A stretch of DNA of 64,000 bases from Candidatus Nanopelagicales bacterium. Lineage in GTDB: Bacteria; Actinomycetota; Actinomycetes; Nanopelagicales; Nanopelagicaceae. The stretch covers positions 1,710-65,709 of the forward strand of contig JBFYJI010000003.1 in NCBI GenBank assembly GCA_041311505.1, read 5' to 3'. The translations under genes and the position numbers were made by a program. The notes below the pieces were generated by a model. It saw only the letters and a program-made list of their open reading frames with translations, searched no databases and was not told the origin of the DNA. How positions within the stretch are numbered: position 1 is the stretch's first letter; the number at the start of each line of letters is the position of its first letter. Positions 49,373 to 59,964 of this stretch are shown one piece after another.

Positions 49373-50033
49373 CTCCACCCGTTAAGTTCTTCACTGCCAC
49401 CTGAGACCAGCCAGCCTTCTCAATAATCGAGGCGAGTTCGCTCTGGTTGGGCCATGCCTTAATCGACTCAGCGAGGTAGATATAGGCAGCTGGGTTGGAT
49501 GATGTCTTCTTGGCGATCCAAGGGAGGGCGCTCATCAGGTAATTGGTATAAATGGTACGAAACGGACGCCATGTAGGGGCGGAGAACTCTACGATTACGA
49601 GGCGACCACCTGGGCGGACTACGCGGAGGGCCTCAGCGAGCGCCTTGGAGGTCTCGTGGGTATTGCGCAGGCCAAAGGAGATTGTGTAGAGGTCGAAGGA
49701 GTTATCCCCAAATGGAAGGGCGAGGGCGTCGGCCCATTGAAAATTGAGGTATGGGCGCTGCTTGCGGCCAGTATCGAGCATTCCATGGGAGAAGTCGGCT
49801 GAGGTGACCTCCGCTCCCGCCTTGGCGAGGGGCTCTGAGCTAGCTCCAGGGCCAGCGGCCATATCAAGGATCTTCATCCCTGGACGTGGATCGATCAGCT
49901 TGGTAACCGCCTTACGCCAACGTTTGGTCTGGCCTAGGCTCAAGAGGTCGTTGACGAGGTCGTAGCGCTTTGCAACGCCATCGAACATCGCTGCAACTTC
50001 CTCGGGATTCTTATCCATATTGGCTCGAGACAT
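49341..50033 (-). CDS. menG: Demethylmenaquinone methyltransferase
   Basis: MFDGVAKRYDLVNDLLS, ISFGLRN and YLAESI motifs. Confidence 0.93.
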   Translation of the reverse strand: MSRANMDKNPEEVAAMFDGVAKRYDLVNDLLSLGQTKRWRKAVTKLIDPRPGMKILDMAAGPGASSEPLAKAGAEVTSADFSHGMLDTGRKQRPYLNFQWADALALPFGDNSFDLYTISFGLRNTHETSKALAEALRVVRPGGRLVIVEFSAPTWRPFRTIYTNYLMSALPWIAKKTSSNPAAYIYLAESIKAWPNQSELASIIEKAGWSQVAVKNLTGGVVAVHMAVKP

Positions 50034-50100
50034 GTCAGTAGTCTCTCGCAAAGGTAGGCTTACCTACAACTTTTCAATGGATAAGCCAGTTGGAGGAAAT

Positions 50101-50697
50101 ATGTCATCTGTAGCAACACTTCGCACAGCGGTGGCTCCACGGAGCACAGCTCTGACTCACGCCCTCTTCCTCGTTGGAGGCGTCCTCTTTATCTCAGCGA
50201 TGGCACAGGTCTCGATCCCAGTACCAGGATCTCCTGTTCCTGTTACAGGTCAGACACTTGCAGCGCTTCTCGTCGGAACTACCTATGGCGCTCGCCTCGC
50301 CTTTGCAACATTCTCTACCTATCTCCTTGCCGGAATCGCTGGCGCTCCAATCTTTGCTCCATCTGCAACATCTGCAAATCACGGAATCGATCGCGTGATG
50401 GGTGCAACAGGTGGATATCTCATCGGAATGTTGATCGCATCTCTCGTTCTCGGTTATCTCGCAGATCGCAAGGCAGATCAGAAGTTTCTCACCTCATATC
50501 CTGCACTTCTTCTCGGTGAGGTGATCATCTTCGGAGTTGGTCTCACATGGCTCCACAACTCACTCGATCTCTCATGGAGCGCGACACTCGCGGCTGGCTT
50601 TACTCCATTTATCTTCGGAGAATTTCTCAAGATTGCAATCGTTGGAACGTCACTCCCTCTGATCTGGAAGAAGATCTCCTCAACTCTTAATAAGTAA
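50101..50697 (+). CDS. bioY: Biotin transporter BioY
   Basis: PVPVTGQT, YLLAGIAGAP and TGGYLIG motifs; GGAGG SD. Confidence 0.92.
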   Translation: MSSVATLRTAVAPRSTALTHALFLVGGVLFISAMAQVSIPVPGSPVPVTGQTLAALLVGTTYGARLAFATFSTYLLAGIAGAPIFAPSATSANHGIDRVMGATGGYLIGMLIASLVLGYLADRKADQKFLTSYPALLLGEVIIFGVGLTWLHNSLDLSWSATLAAGFTPFIFGEFLKIAIVGTSLPLIWKKISSTLNK

Positions 50698-50715
50698 GAG
50701 AGTTACCGCTTCCCT

Positions 50716-51933
50716 ATGACTCAACTCGTTCCTGTAACTACCAACCGCATTAGTGCGCACCTGCCGTTACTGCAGTTGCTACCTGATAGCGCTCCCCTCT
50801 CATGGGTTCGTGGTGGCGAAGGTCTTGTGGGTTGGGGCGAGTATGCATCGATCCGTGTTTCAGGAAAGAATCGTTTTGAAGAAGTGCGCACTTGGTGGCA
50901 TCAGCAGTTAGAGACTTTTTCGATCTCTAACTCAGTTCATGGAAGCGGTACTGGTCCGGTTCTCTTTACATCTTTTAGTTTTGATCGCAATGAAGAATCT
51001 GTTGCAATCATCCCTCGAGTCATTGTCGGCAAGAAGGGTGAAAGCTCTTGGATTACTTGGATTGGTAGCGAGAACCAACCAATAATCACTGAAGATGAAC
51101 CTCAATTCGATCAACAGAGCTTCACATGGCATCAAGGAACACTGACGGAAAATCAGTGGGAGGTGCGGGTTGCGCAGGCTATTGCAAAGATTGATAAATC
51201 AGAGATTGAAAAGGTTGTTCTCGCTCGCGACTTGATCGCCACGACCGAGAAAGAGATTGATGTCCGCCCCATTCTCAACAAACTCGCTGCCAATTACCCT
51301 GCGACTTGGGTCTTTGCAGTCGATGGACTCATTGGTGCAACACCAGAACTTCTCTTGCGTCTCTCTCGCGGAATGGTGACCTCTCGTGTTCTTGCGGGAA
51401 CAATTCCTAAGACAGGTGATGATGCTCGCGACTTGGTCCTAGCAGGTTCACTTGCTCGCTCATCGAAAGATCTCGAAGAGCATGAGTATGCAGTTCGTTC
51501 AGTTGCAGATGCCCTCGAACCTTTCTGTTCATCAACAAACGTTCCTGATGCTCCGTTTGTTCTTCACCTCGCCAATGTGATGCACCTAGCGACCGATGTC
51601 ACCGGCGCGCTCTTAGAGTCTAAGCACCATGTTGATGCATTTGCTCTTCTCAAATCACTTCATCCTTCTGCTGCCGTCTGCGGAACCCCCCGAAGTGCAG
51701 CATTTGATGTGATTGATCAGATCGAAGGTATGAACCGCGGACGTTACGCAGGTCCTGTCGGTTGGATTGATGCTCGTGGTGATGGCGAACTCGGAATCGC
51801 TCTTCGCTCAGGTCAGGTGCACGGAAACCAGATTCGAATCTTTGCAGGATGCGGAATAGTTGCTGGTTCAGATCCTGCAGTTGAGCTCGCTGAGAGCCGC
51901 GCAAAATTCAGCGCTATGCAATCTGCTCTTTAG
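50716..51933 (+). CDS. menF: Isochorismate synthase
   Basis: KVVLAR, GATPE, HLAT, LHPSAAVCG and RGRYAGPVG motifs. Confidence 0.92.
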   Translation: MTQLVPVTTNRISAHLPLLQLLPDSAPLSWVRGGEGLVGWGEYASIRVSGKNRFEEVRTWWHQQLETFSISNSVHGSGTGPVLFTSFSFDRNEESVAIIPRVIVGKKGESSWITWIGSENQPIITEDEPQFDQQSFTWHQGTLTENQWEVRVAQAIAKIDKSEIEKVVLARDLIATTEKEIDVRPILNKLAANYPATWVFAVDGLIGATPELLLRLSRGMVTSRVLAGTIPKTGDDARDLVLAGSLARSSKDLEEHEYAVRSVADALEPFCSSTNVPDAPFVLHLANVMHLATDVTGALLESKHHVDAFALLKSLHPSAAVCGTPRSAAFDVIDQIEGMNRGRYAGPVGWIDARGDGELGIALRSGQVHGNQIRIFAGCGIVAGSDPAVELAESRAKFSAMQSAL

Positions 51934-53504
51934 AGAGATTCCATTGAGGCGAAGATCGCCTTGAGATTATCTGCATTACCTTCGCGGTCGGGTGCCTTCA
52001 CAACTACGAGAGAGATGCCCACAACAGGCTTTGTAAGTTCTGAAATCAACTCAGCTTGATTGGTAATGACGCTGCTCGCAATACCCATCGCCTTGGCGAT
52101 AGCGGCAATATCGAGGTTGTGAGGTGTTCCGAAGATCTCTTCAAAACCATCAACGCCACGATGTGGGAGGGTGGAGAAGATTCCACCACCATTGTTATCG
52201 ATGACCAAGACCTTGAGATTGATCTTCTCGTGATGGATGAGGCCGGTGAGGTCATGGAGGAAGCTGAGATCGCCGAGCACAGCAATCGTCTCTTTACGGT
52301 GAGAAGCGATTCCGAGTGCTGTTGAGATATTTCCATCGATACCGGCTAGACCTCTATTGGCAAAGGTCTCAACGCCATCACGTGCAGGTGCAAAGCCCTC
52401 TATATCTCGAATTGGTCGAGATGAAGATATGAAGAGCGATGTACCGGTTGGAATTGAAGTTCCAATCTCTCGTGCAATAAGAGCTTCAGACCAAGAGTTG
52501 AGTTCGTTAATCTTCTTCGCCGCACGATGTGAATATTTCACCCAACGATCAACATATTCACTATCGATTGTTGGGACTTCCACACGAGGAAGCGCTGTAA
52601 AACGCTGATCTGCAACGCGATCACCATCGACAGTAAGAATGCGCGGATCGATCACAATAGATTTGCGGGCTTTGGAGATGATGCGATTAATCGGACGTGA
52701 AAGGGTCGTGCGACCTATTACGACAACAGTATCGGGAGCCAACTCATCTGTAATTGTCTGAGATGTGAGGAAGATGCTTGCATGTGCAATCGCACTCTTA
52801 AAGGAGAGTGGGTCTTCGCTGATGAGTGGCCAACCAAGATCTTCAGCAAACTTCTCAACATCTCTTACAGCAAAGCCACCACGGTCATGTCCAACAACAA
52901 GAATTCCTCGAGTCGACTTTGTAAAGAGAGTTCCGGGCGCCTTATGAGTGAAATCTGCAGGTGGATTGATTGCAATATCTGTCAGCCAATCGCTAACGTC
53001 ATCTGGACCAAGAGGCTCTGTAAATTGAATATTGAGATGCACCGGTCCGCTCTTGAGTGAGTTAAATGGCAGGACCATTGGGTATGCGCCACCGGAGATA
53101 TCTGCAAAGTATCGAACTGCTTTTCCAAAGATTCGTGCCTGCTCTGTTGTCTGATTGGCACCGGTGCGACGAAGCTCTGCGGGGCGATCTGCAGTTAGAA
53201 CTAAGAGTGGAAGATTTGAGTGCGAAGCTTCAAGCACCGCTGGATGGTAGTTAGCGACAGCGGTGCCAGATGTGCAGACGATTGGCACCGGACGTGACGT
53301 TGCCTTTGTCATTCCCAGTGCGAAGAAAGCTGCAGTGCGCTCATCGATGCGCGTATGAAGAGTGATGAGTCCCCGCTGTGATGCTTGATAGAAGGCGATG
53401 GTGAGGGGTGCGTTGCGGGATCCCGGAGAAATCACTACATCTTTAACGCCAGCTTCGATAATTTGGCGAACAATGGTGCGCGCAAGAGTTGTGGATAGAT
53501 TCAT
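51930..53504 (-). CDS. menD: SEPHCHC synthase
   Basis: SPGSRNAP, DERTAAF, CTSGTA and NRGLAGIDG motifs. Confidence 0.95.
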   Translation of the reverse strand: MNLSTTLARTIVRQIIEAGVKDVVISPGSRNAPLTIAFYQASQRGLITLHTRIDERTAAFFALGMTKATSRPVPIVCTSGTAVANYHPAVLEASHSNLPLLVLTADRPAELRRTGANQTTEQARIFGKAVRYFADISGGAYPMVLPFNSLKSGPVHLNIQFTEPLGPDDVSDWLTDIAINPPADFTHKAPGTLFTKSTRGILVVGHDRGGFAVRDVEKFAEDLGWPLISEDPLSFKSAIAHASIFLTSQTITDELAPDTVVVIGRTTLSRPINRIISKARKSIVIDPRILTVDGDRVADQRFTALPRVEVPTIDSEYVDRWVKYSHRAAKKINELNSWSEALIAREIGTSIPTGTSLFISSSRPIRDIEGFAPARDGVETFANRGLAGIDGNISTALGIASHRKETIAVLGDLSFLHDLTGLIHHEKINLKVLVIDNNGGGIFSTLPHRGVDGFEEIFGTPHNLDIAAIAKAMGIASSVITNQAELISELTKPVVGISLVVVKAPDREGNADNLKAIFASMESL

Positions 53505-54454
53505 GCTATTCCTAATATCTCTGCGCAGCGCATTGCACGATTCTTCCACCATTCGTAGCGATCAGCATCCACATCAAGACCATCGAGTTTGATATCTAAG
53601 TCACCAATCTCAATAGATCCATCAGATATCGGTAGATGGGCAACATCTTGAGAGAGAAGAGAGCCAGTCGCAAGGCCACAATCGAGGTTGAGATTTTCAA
53701 GAGATGCTGCCAATTCAAGTCCATAGTGGATTCCAACAGCGCTCTCGAGAGCACTTGAAACCACAGTTGGCAGCTTATGATGCTCAGCAAGTGCGCGTGA
53801 GCGAGCAATTCCGCCAAGCGGCTGCACCTTCAACATAATTACATCTGCAGCGCCTTCGAGATTAATTGAGAATGGATCTTCTGCTTTGCGAATTACTTCA
53901 TCTGCCGCAATCCGGAGGGGAATAAGAATCTTTGACTTCAGCTCTCGCATCTCATCTAATGTAGCAACAGGTTGCTCAACGTATTCAAATTCACCAATCT
54001 GTTCATACATGGCATAAAGATTTCTCAGTGCGTCTTCTACACCCCATGCACCATTGACATCTATTCGAATCTTGATATCTCGGCCCAACACACGAATGCG
54101 TGCCAAGCGAACAAGATCCTCAGAGAGGTTTTCGCCCACCTTGACTTTAAATGTTTTCACCCCGGGATAGCTCTGTATAAGCGCTTCAATCACCCCTGCA
54201 TCATTAGTGGCAGGAATAGTGCCATTTACTGGAATTCTCCCACGCAATCTTTGAGGTCGAGGTTGAGTTGCAGCTTCGATTGCGGTGGCGAGCCAACGTG
54301 ATGATTCATGATCGTCGTACTCAAGAAATGGCGAGAACTCTCCCCACCCATATTCACCTTGAAATAAAGCAACTTCTCTCACCGAAATTCCGCGGAAGTT
54401 TGTTCGCGTAGGAAGGGCGATGACTCGCATCGATGAGAGAAGTTCTGTAAACAT
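53501..54454 (-). CDS. menC: o-Succinylbenzoate synthase
   Basis: GEFSPF, KVKVG, DVN, EQP and SSALES motifs. Confidence 0.93.
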   Translation of the reverse strand: MFTELLSSMRVIALPTRTNFRGISVREVALFQGEYGWGEFSPFLEYDDHESSRWLATAIEAATQPRPQRLRGRIPVNGTIPATNDAGVIEALIQSYPGVKTFKVKVGENLSEDLVRLARIRVLGRDIKIRIDVNGAWGVEDALRNLYAMYEQIGEFEYVEQPVATLDEMRELKSKILIPLRIAADEVIRKAEDPFSINLEGAADVIMLKVQPLGGIARSRALAEHHKLPTVVSSALESAVGIHYGLELAASLENLNLDCGLATGSLLSQDVAHLPISDGSIEIGDLDIKLDGLDVDADRYEWWKNRAMRCAEILGIA

Positions 54455-54474
54455 TGTGGTTAAGGACCCAAATT

Positions 54475-55353
54475 TTACGGACGCTTAGGAAACTTTCCAA
54501 AGTCAGGCTTGCGCTTCTCTTTATAAGCATCGCGACCTTCTTGGCCTTCTTCGCTTAAGTAGAAGAGAAGGGTGGCATCGCCTGCGAGCTGCTGGATTCC
54601 GGCAAGTCCATCATCTGCAGCGTTCATAGATGCCTTAAGAAGACGAAGTGCCATTGGGCTATTCATCAACATCTCACGACACCATGAGACAGTCTCTGCC
54701 TCAAGCTCTGAAAGTGGAACGACGGTATTCACTAGACCCATTGAGAGAGCCTCTTGAGCATCGTATTGACGTGTCATAAACCAAATCTCGCGAGCCTTCT
54801 TCTGTCCGACATTTCGGGCAAGAAGTCCTGAACCGTATCCACCATCAAAAGAGCCAACCATTGGACCTGTCTGTCCAAACTTTGCATTATCTGCAGCGAT
54901 AGAGAGATCGCAGACAACATGGAGAACATGTCCTCCACCAATTGCCCAACCTGCAATCATCGCAACGACTGGTTTTGGTGTGCGACGAATCTGCACTTGA
55001 AGATCGAGAACATTAAGTCGGCCCATACCTTGCTTACCGAGTGAGTCATCTCCGATATAACCATCATCGCCACGAACACTGATATCTCCGCCAGAGCAGA
55101 ATGCTTCACTACCTTCACCTGTAAAGATAATGACGCCAACTTCAGAGTTGTCACGCGCTAAATCGAACGCCTCTTTCAATTCGATAATCGTCTGAGGGCG
55201 GAATGCATTTCGGACTTCTGGGCGATTGATTGTTATCTTCGCCATTCCATCTGCAGCTTCATACTTAATATCGGTGAAGTTCTCACCCCCAGGGGCGGTC
55301 TTCCATGCCGGGATTGCACGGCTACCAAAATCACGCTTAATCGGCTTGCTCAC
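54475..55353 (-). CDS. menB: 1,4-Dihydroxy-2-naphthoyl-CoA synthase
   Basis: RNAFRP, FCSGGD and GSFDGGYG motifs. Confidence 0.96.
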   Translation of the reverse strand: MSKPIKRDFGSRAIPAWKTAPGGENFTDIKYEAADGMAKITINRPEVRNAFRPQTIIELKEAFDLARDNSEVGVIIFTGEGSEAFCSGGDISVRGDDGYIGDDSLGKQGMGRLNVLDLQVQIRRTPKPVVAMIAGWAIGGGHVLHVVCDLSIAADNAKFGQTGPMVGSFDGGYGSGLLARNVGQKKAREIWFMTRQYDAQEALSMGLVNTVVPLSELEAETVSWCREMLMNSPMALRLLKASMNAADDGLAGIQQLAGDATLLFYLSEEGQEGRDAYKEKRKPDFGKFPKRP

Positions 55354-55409
55354 GATTCCTCCAGTGTCGATTACGGGATGTCGAATACGGGCGATAGCCT
55401 ACGGGGGCA

Positions 55410-56468
55410 ATGGAGCAAAGGTCACATGAGAGAGAAGTTCGCGTAGTCGATCCCGCATGGGAGGTGAGCGAACTAATGGCCCATCTCTCAAAAGCCCTCA
55501 TCCCTTCAGGACCTGCCCTCGCCCTCTCTGCAACCGATGTTACAACGGTGCCAGCTCGCACAACTCTCTTGGTGCGCACCACTGGAAGTAGCGGCGAAGC
55601 CAAAGAGGTACATCTCTCAGCCAGCGCACTCCTTACTTCAGCGCGAGCATCCAATAAGTTTCTCGGCGCAGAGATTGGCAGTACTTGGTCGCTCCTCCTC
55701 CCCCTCAATCACATCGCAGGAATCAATGTTCTGATTAGGTCTCTTGAACTCGGAACTCAACCGATCAATCTCATCGGTTATGAGGGTCAATATCCAAAGG
55801 TTGATTTCACCGCAATTGTTCCCACCCAGCTCTACCGTGCACTTAATGGAGATGCTCGACTTTTGGAACATCTCCAAAGAGCGAATGCAGTATTGGTTGG
55901 CGGCGCATCTCTCTCATCACAATTAAGAGCTGATGCCATCGCGGCAGATATCAATGTCATCGAAACATATGGTTCGACTGAAACCTCTGGTGGATGCATC
56001 TACAACGGTCATCCATTAGATGGAGTTGAAGTTGTAGTTGGTGACGGAAATCGAATCGCTCTCCGTGGTGCCAATATTTCATATCAACTCGTCGATGAAG
56101 ATGGCTGGTATTACACATCAGATGCTGGCCATTTCGAAGACGGTAAGTTAATTATCGAGGGAAGAATCGACGATGTGATTATCACTGGTGGCGAGAACAT
56201 CTCACTCGCAGCTATCGAGCGCGTTATCGCCCAAGAGTTTCCTGATATCCAAGCTGCAGCATTTGCAGTGAAGGATGAACAATGGGGAGAAGCAATCCGT
56301 ATTGCACTCGTTGGCGCAACCGCACCTATTGAAAATGAGATTCAGTTGGCCCTTCTTCGCGAACTAGGTCCTGCTGCAAAGGCAAAAGGTTTCCACCATC
56401 TGCAAGAATTGCCTCTCAAAGGAATCGGCAAGGTTGATCGAGCAGCTCTAGTAAGGATGTTTTCATGA
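55410..56468 (+). CDS. menE: o-Succinylbenzoate-CoA ligase (short actinobacterial form)
   Basis: TTGSSGEAK, YGSTET and GRIDDVIITGGEN motifs; men cluster. Confidence 0.88.
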   Translation: MEQRSHEREVRVVDPAWEVSELMAHLSKALIPSGPALALSATDVTTVPARTTLLVRTTGSSGEAKEVHLSASALLTSARASNKFLGAEIGSTWSLLLPLNHIAGINVLIRSLELGTQPINLIGYEGQYPKVDFTAIVPTQLYRALNGDARLLEHLQRANAVLVGGASLSSQLRADAIAADINVIETYGSTETSGGCIYNGHPLDGVEVVVGDGNRIALRGANISYQLVDEDGWYYTSDAGHFEDGKLIIEGRIDDVIITGGENISLAAIERVIAQEFPDIQAAAFAVKDEQWGEAIRIALVGATAPIENEIQLALLRELGPAAKAKGFHHLQELPLKGIGKVDRAALVRMFS

Positions 56469-57319
56469 ATAAATGGGTACTTGGTGCTCGCCCACGCACG
56501 CTCCCTGCAGCTGTTGCGCCGGTGCTTGTGGCTACCGCCCTCGCTGGAGATAAGGCATCTGTAATTCCAGCGCTATTAGCTCTCTCTGTAAGCCTGGCTC
56601 TTCAAGTCGGTGTGAATTATGCAAATGATTACTCTGATGGAGTGAAGGGCACTGATGACAATCGTGTCGGACCGATTCGTTTGACTGCATCCGGTCTTGC
56701 TACTGCTTCATCTGTGAAGCACGCGGCATTTATAGCCTTTGGCTTTGCAGCAGTGGCTGGCCTCTTCCTTGCACTTACCACTTCACTGTGGCTCATTGCA
56801 GTTGGTCTTGCCGCAATCTTTGCCGCATGGGGTTACACAGGTGGAAAGAATCCATATGGATATCTCGGACTCGGTGAACTCTTCGTCTTTATCTTCTTTG
56901 GAGTAGTTGCAACAGTCGGAACGTATTACGTCCAAGTTGAAAAGATAACTCTCGATGCACTTCTTGCATCTATTCCGATGGGAACTTTCTCATGCGCGCT
57001 CTTGGCAATTAACAACATACGAGATCGAGCTCTAGATGAGCCATCCGGAAAGAAGACCCTCGCAGTTCGCTTGGGAGATAAGAAGGCTCGCGCATTCTTT
57101 ACCGTTTTGATTATCGCTGGATATATCGCAGCTCTTGCCATGGGTAAGCCATGGGTATTACTCACCCTCCTAACCGCTCCCGTAGCGCTCTCACTCTTGC
57201 GAGGAGTACATAGCGGAGCAGACGGACGTGATCTCATCCCTTACCTAGCTAAGACCGGTCAGCTTCAACTTCTATTCGCCTTAACTTTCTCAATTTCATT
57301 ACTATTGAGTCATGGTTAA
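56465..57319 (+). CDS. menA: DHNA polyprenyltransferase
   Basis: RPRTLPAA, NYANDYSD and NNIRD...GKKTLAVRLG motifs. Confidence 0.95.
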   Translation: MNKWVLGARPRTLPAAVAPVLVATALAGDKASVIPALLALSVSLALQVGVNYANDYSDGVKGTDDNRVGPIRLTASGLATASSVKHAAFIAFGFAAVAGLFLALTTSLWLIAVGLAAIFAAWGYTGGKNPYGYLGLGELFVFIFFGVVATVGTYYVQVEKITLDALLASIPMGTFSCALLAINNIRDRALDEPSGKKTLAVRLGDKKARAFFTVLIIAGYIAALAMGKPWVLLTLLTAPVALSLLRGVHSGADGRDLIPYLAKTGQLQLLFALTFSISLLLSHG

Positions 57320-57581
57320 GTTAGAAGGCTTCCTTGTAGTTGTCTCGCTCGCGCTGACACTCTTCTCTTTTGTCGACTGTGCAATGCGCGAAGATGTGCA
57401 ACTTCGAAAACTTCCTAAGTGGGGTTGGCTTCTTGTCATCATTCTCTTCGGCACATTTGGTTCAGTCTTCTATCTTGTAGCAGGCCGCAATGGTGCACGT
57501 ACTCCAGGAATTAAGAAACCAAAGCAGAAGCCACGTATCTTGCCTCCGGATGATGATCCGGATTTCTTAAAGAATCTCTAA
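57312..57581 (+). CDS. PLD nuclease N-terminal-domain small membrane protein
   Basis: LPKWGW...GSVFYLVAGR and PDDDPDFL motifs. Confidence 0.8.
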   Translation: MVKLEGFLVVVSLALTLFSFVDCAMREDVQLRKLPKWGWLLVIILFGTFGSVFYLVAGRNGARTPGIKKPKQKPRILPPDDDPDFLKNL

Positions 57582-57582
57582 A

Positions 57583-58503
57583 TTACTTCTGATTGAGGCC
57601 CGAGTAAGTGTGCTTACCTGTGCCCCAGACATTGACGTATACGTAATTAAATAAGAATGTAGAGCCTGCGAAGATGCAGAGCCATGCAGCGCGGCGTCCA
57701 CGCCACCCAACAGTCACACGTGCGTGGAGATATGCAGCGTATGCAACCCAGGTAATAAATGCCCACGTCTCCTTTGGATCCCAACCCCAGTAACGCCCCC
57801 ATGCACTCTCTGCCCAAATGGCACCGGCAATGATTGAAAATGTCCAGAGCGGAAACACGAATGCAACGAGGCGATAAGAAAGTTGATCGAGTGTCTCTAG
57901 AGACGGAACTCGTATCGCCCAGAATGGTCGTGCTCCATCTTCATACTTCTCAAGATAGAGATATGCACCAGCGATGACATTTGCGAGGAGGAAGACGCCA
58001 CCGCAGATAATCGCTGTTGAGACGTGAATGATCAACCAGGTTGATTTAAGAGCGGGAACTAGCGGCGCACTATTGCGATAGAGCAGAGTGATCGCAGTTC
58101 CGAGAGTGATAAGTACCGAGAATGAAATGAGAAGTCCGAGCCAACGAAGGTCGTACTTGCGCAGCGCAGCAAGATATGCAAGAGAGAAAGCAAATGCACC
58201 CGTAATCGAGAACTCATACATATTTCCCCATGGTGCATGTCCTGCAGAGATTCCACGGAAGACGATTCCCGCAAAGAGGAGAAGTGTTCCGAGGATCATA
58301 AAAGCTGTCGCGATACGCGCTGTTCGCTCGGTGCGCTGGTAATCGAGAGTCTTAGTGAGCTTAGTGCCCTCGGTCTTTTCGGCGACCTCTGGTGCCCGAA
58401 CAGCAAAAGCAGTCTCGAAGGCATGTGCAAGGAATGAGAGGGTGAAGAGAGCCATCGCCGAATAGACAAAGTAGTTTGATGTATATGCCCACGTTGTATT
58501 CAT
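57583..58503 (-). CDS. Cytochrome c biogenesis protein, WWD-domain (CcsA/ResC type)
   Basis: WAESAWGRYWGWDPKETW WWD domain. Confidence 0.95.
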   Translation of the reverse strand: MNTTWAYTSNYFVYSAMALFTLSFLAHAFETAFAVRAPEVAEKTEGTKLTKTLDYQRTERTARIATAFMILGTLLLFAGIVFRGISAGHAPWGNMYEFSITGAFAFSLAYLAALRKYDLRWLGLLISFSVLITLGTAITLLYRNSAPLVPALKSTWLIIHVSTAIICGGVFLLANVIAGAYLYLEKYEDGARPFWAIRVPSLETLDQLSYRLVAFVFPLWTFSIIAGAIWAESAWGRYWGWDPKETWAFITWVAYAAYLHARVTVGWRGRRAAWLCIFAGSTFLFNYVYVNVWGTGKHTYSGLNQK

Positions 58504-59964
58504 TTAACTCTTAACACTCTCTACTAATTCGCTGACCTCTGATTCAAGCCCTGGAACATTGTTCTTGGCTAAGGCTGCAACTTCAACTCCAGTTGATGTG
58601 ACCTTGACCCATATTCTCCTTCTCCTTCCATAGAGTGAGGAGAGAAGGCCAAGCACTGCCAGCGCGCCACCGATAAATGAGAATCGCTTTCCGTGATCAT
58701 CAACAAATTGAAGATTGATCCACGGTTCAACTCCTTCAAGAGTGATCGTTCCCCCTGGATATGTATAGCTCTCGCCAATGGAGAGAGATCCCAACCCCAA
58801 CTTGGTCATCTTCGCAGTATCGATGCGATAGACAGATTGTGGAACACCTGTATTGAGCTGAAGATCTCCGCTCCAGACTGAGAAGAGAAGTCGTGGATTG
58901 AGAAGCTCGGGATAGATGGAGACGCCACCCATTGTCTTAGTGCGTTCGTATGTTGGAAGGAATGATCCGACAAAACCAACTTCGGGATTGGCATCAGGAA
59001 CTTTGATAGCTCCGATTGATCGAAGATTGCCATCTTGAGGCAAGAAGGCAACTGGACCTTGAAATGCAACATTACCTTGAGAATCTCGCACGGTCACAAT
59101 GGGTGAATATCCATTTGCTTGTAAGTAGACACGTGTAGTGCCAAATGTGAGTGGTGAGTTAACTTTGATGATCTGCTTCTTCTCTACTCCATCAATAGAG
59201 GTAGTGACATACGCTGAATAATCTTGAGGCATATTTGTTTTCGGATCGTACTTCGCTTCAAACTTATCGAGTGTGATCGTAAATGGCGCAAGGTCGGAAT
59301 CCTTCGTTAATTTTCCGAGAGTGAGATTGTCATAACTCGTTGGCACATTGACGAAACGCTCACCTGTATTGATGATCGCCTCACCTTGCGCACCAAAGAG
59401 CGATCCAAGACTGATTCCAACCAAGATCAAGATGAGAGAGAGATGAAAGAGAAGGTTGCCAGTTTCCCGGAAGTAACCCTTCTCTGCAGAGATTGAACGC
59501 TCTTCTCTTCGGATTCGAAAACGTTTTGCTCGCAGCCATTGCTCTGCACGATCAAGAGCGCCTGCACTTGCTGTAATCGATGTGAAATGCTCGAGGCGAT
59601 CTAAGTTACGCGGCGTTGCCGGTGGAAGTGCGCGCATCGCCTTGTAATGCTCAAAGGTGCGTGGCAGCACACAACCGATGAGAGAGATAAAGAGAAGGAT
59701 GTAGATCGCGCTAAACCATGGTGAGCTATAGACATCAAAGAGTGAGAGCTTGTCGTAGAAAGGCGCAGTACCTGGATGCTTTGTAAAGAAGTCGCGAACT
59801 GCGATTGGGTTGGTGGTTCGTTGAGGAAAAATCGAGCCGGGAATTGCTGCGATTCCGAGCATTAAGAGAAGAATCAAGGCGGTGCGCATACTTGTGAGCT
59901 GACGCCATACAAATCTCGCCATCTCGATGAGACCGAGCTCTGGTACCTCTACTTTTCTCTCCAT
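58504..59964 (-). CDS. resB: Cytochrome c biogenesis protein ResB
   Basis: LTSMRTAL, DVYSSPWF and GNLLFH motifs. Confidence 0.93.
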   Translation of the reverse strand: MERKVEVPELGLIEMARFVWRQLTSMRTALILLLMLGIAAIPGSIFPQRTTNPIAVRDFFTKHPGTAPFYDKLSLFDVYSSPWFSAIYILLFISLIGCVLPRTFEHYKAMRALPPATPRNLDRLEHFTSITASAGALDRAEQWLRAKRFRIRREERSISAEKGYFRETGNLLFHLSLILILVGISLGSLFGAQGEAIINTGERFVNVPTSYDNLTLGKLTKDSDLAPFTITLDKFEAKYDPKTNMPQDYSAYVTTSIDGVEKKQIIKVNSPLTFGTTRVYLQANGYSPIVTVRDSQGNVAFQGPVAFLPQDGNLRSIGAIKVPDANPEVGFVGSFLPTYERTKTMGGVSIYPELLNPRLLFSVWSGDLQLNTGVPQSVYRIDTAKMTKLGLGSLSIGESYTYPGGTITLEGVEPWINLQFVDDHGKRFSFIGGALAVLGLLSSLYGRRRRIWVKVTSTGVEVAALAKNNVPGLESEVSELVESVKS

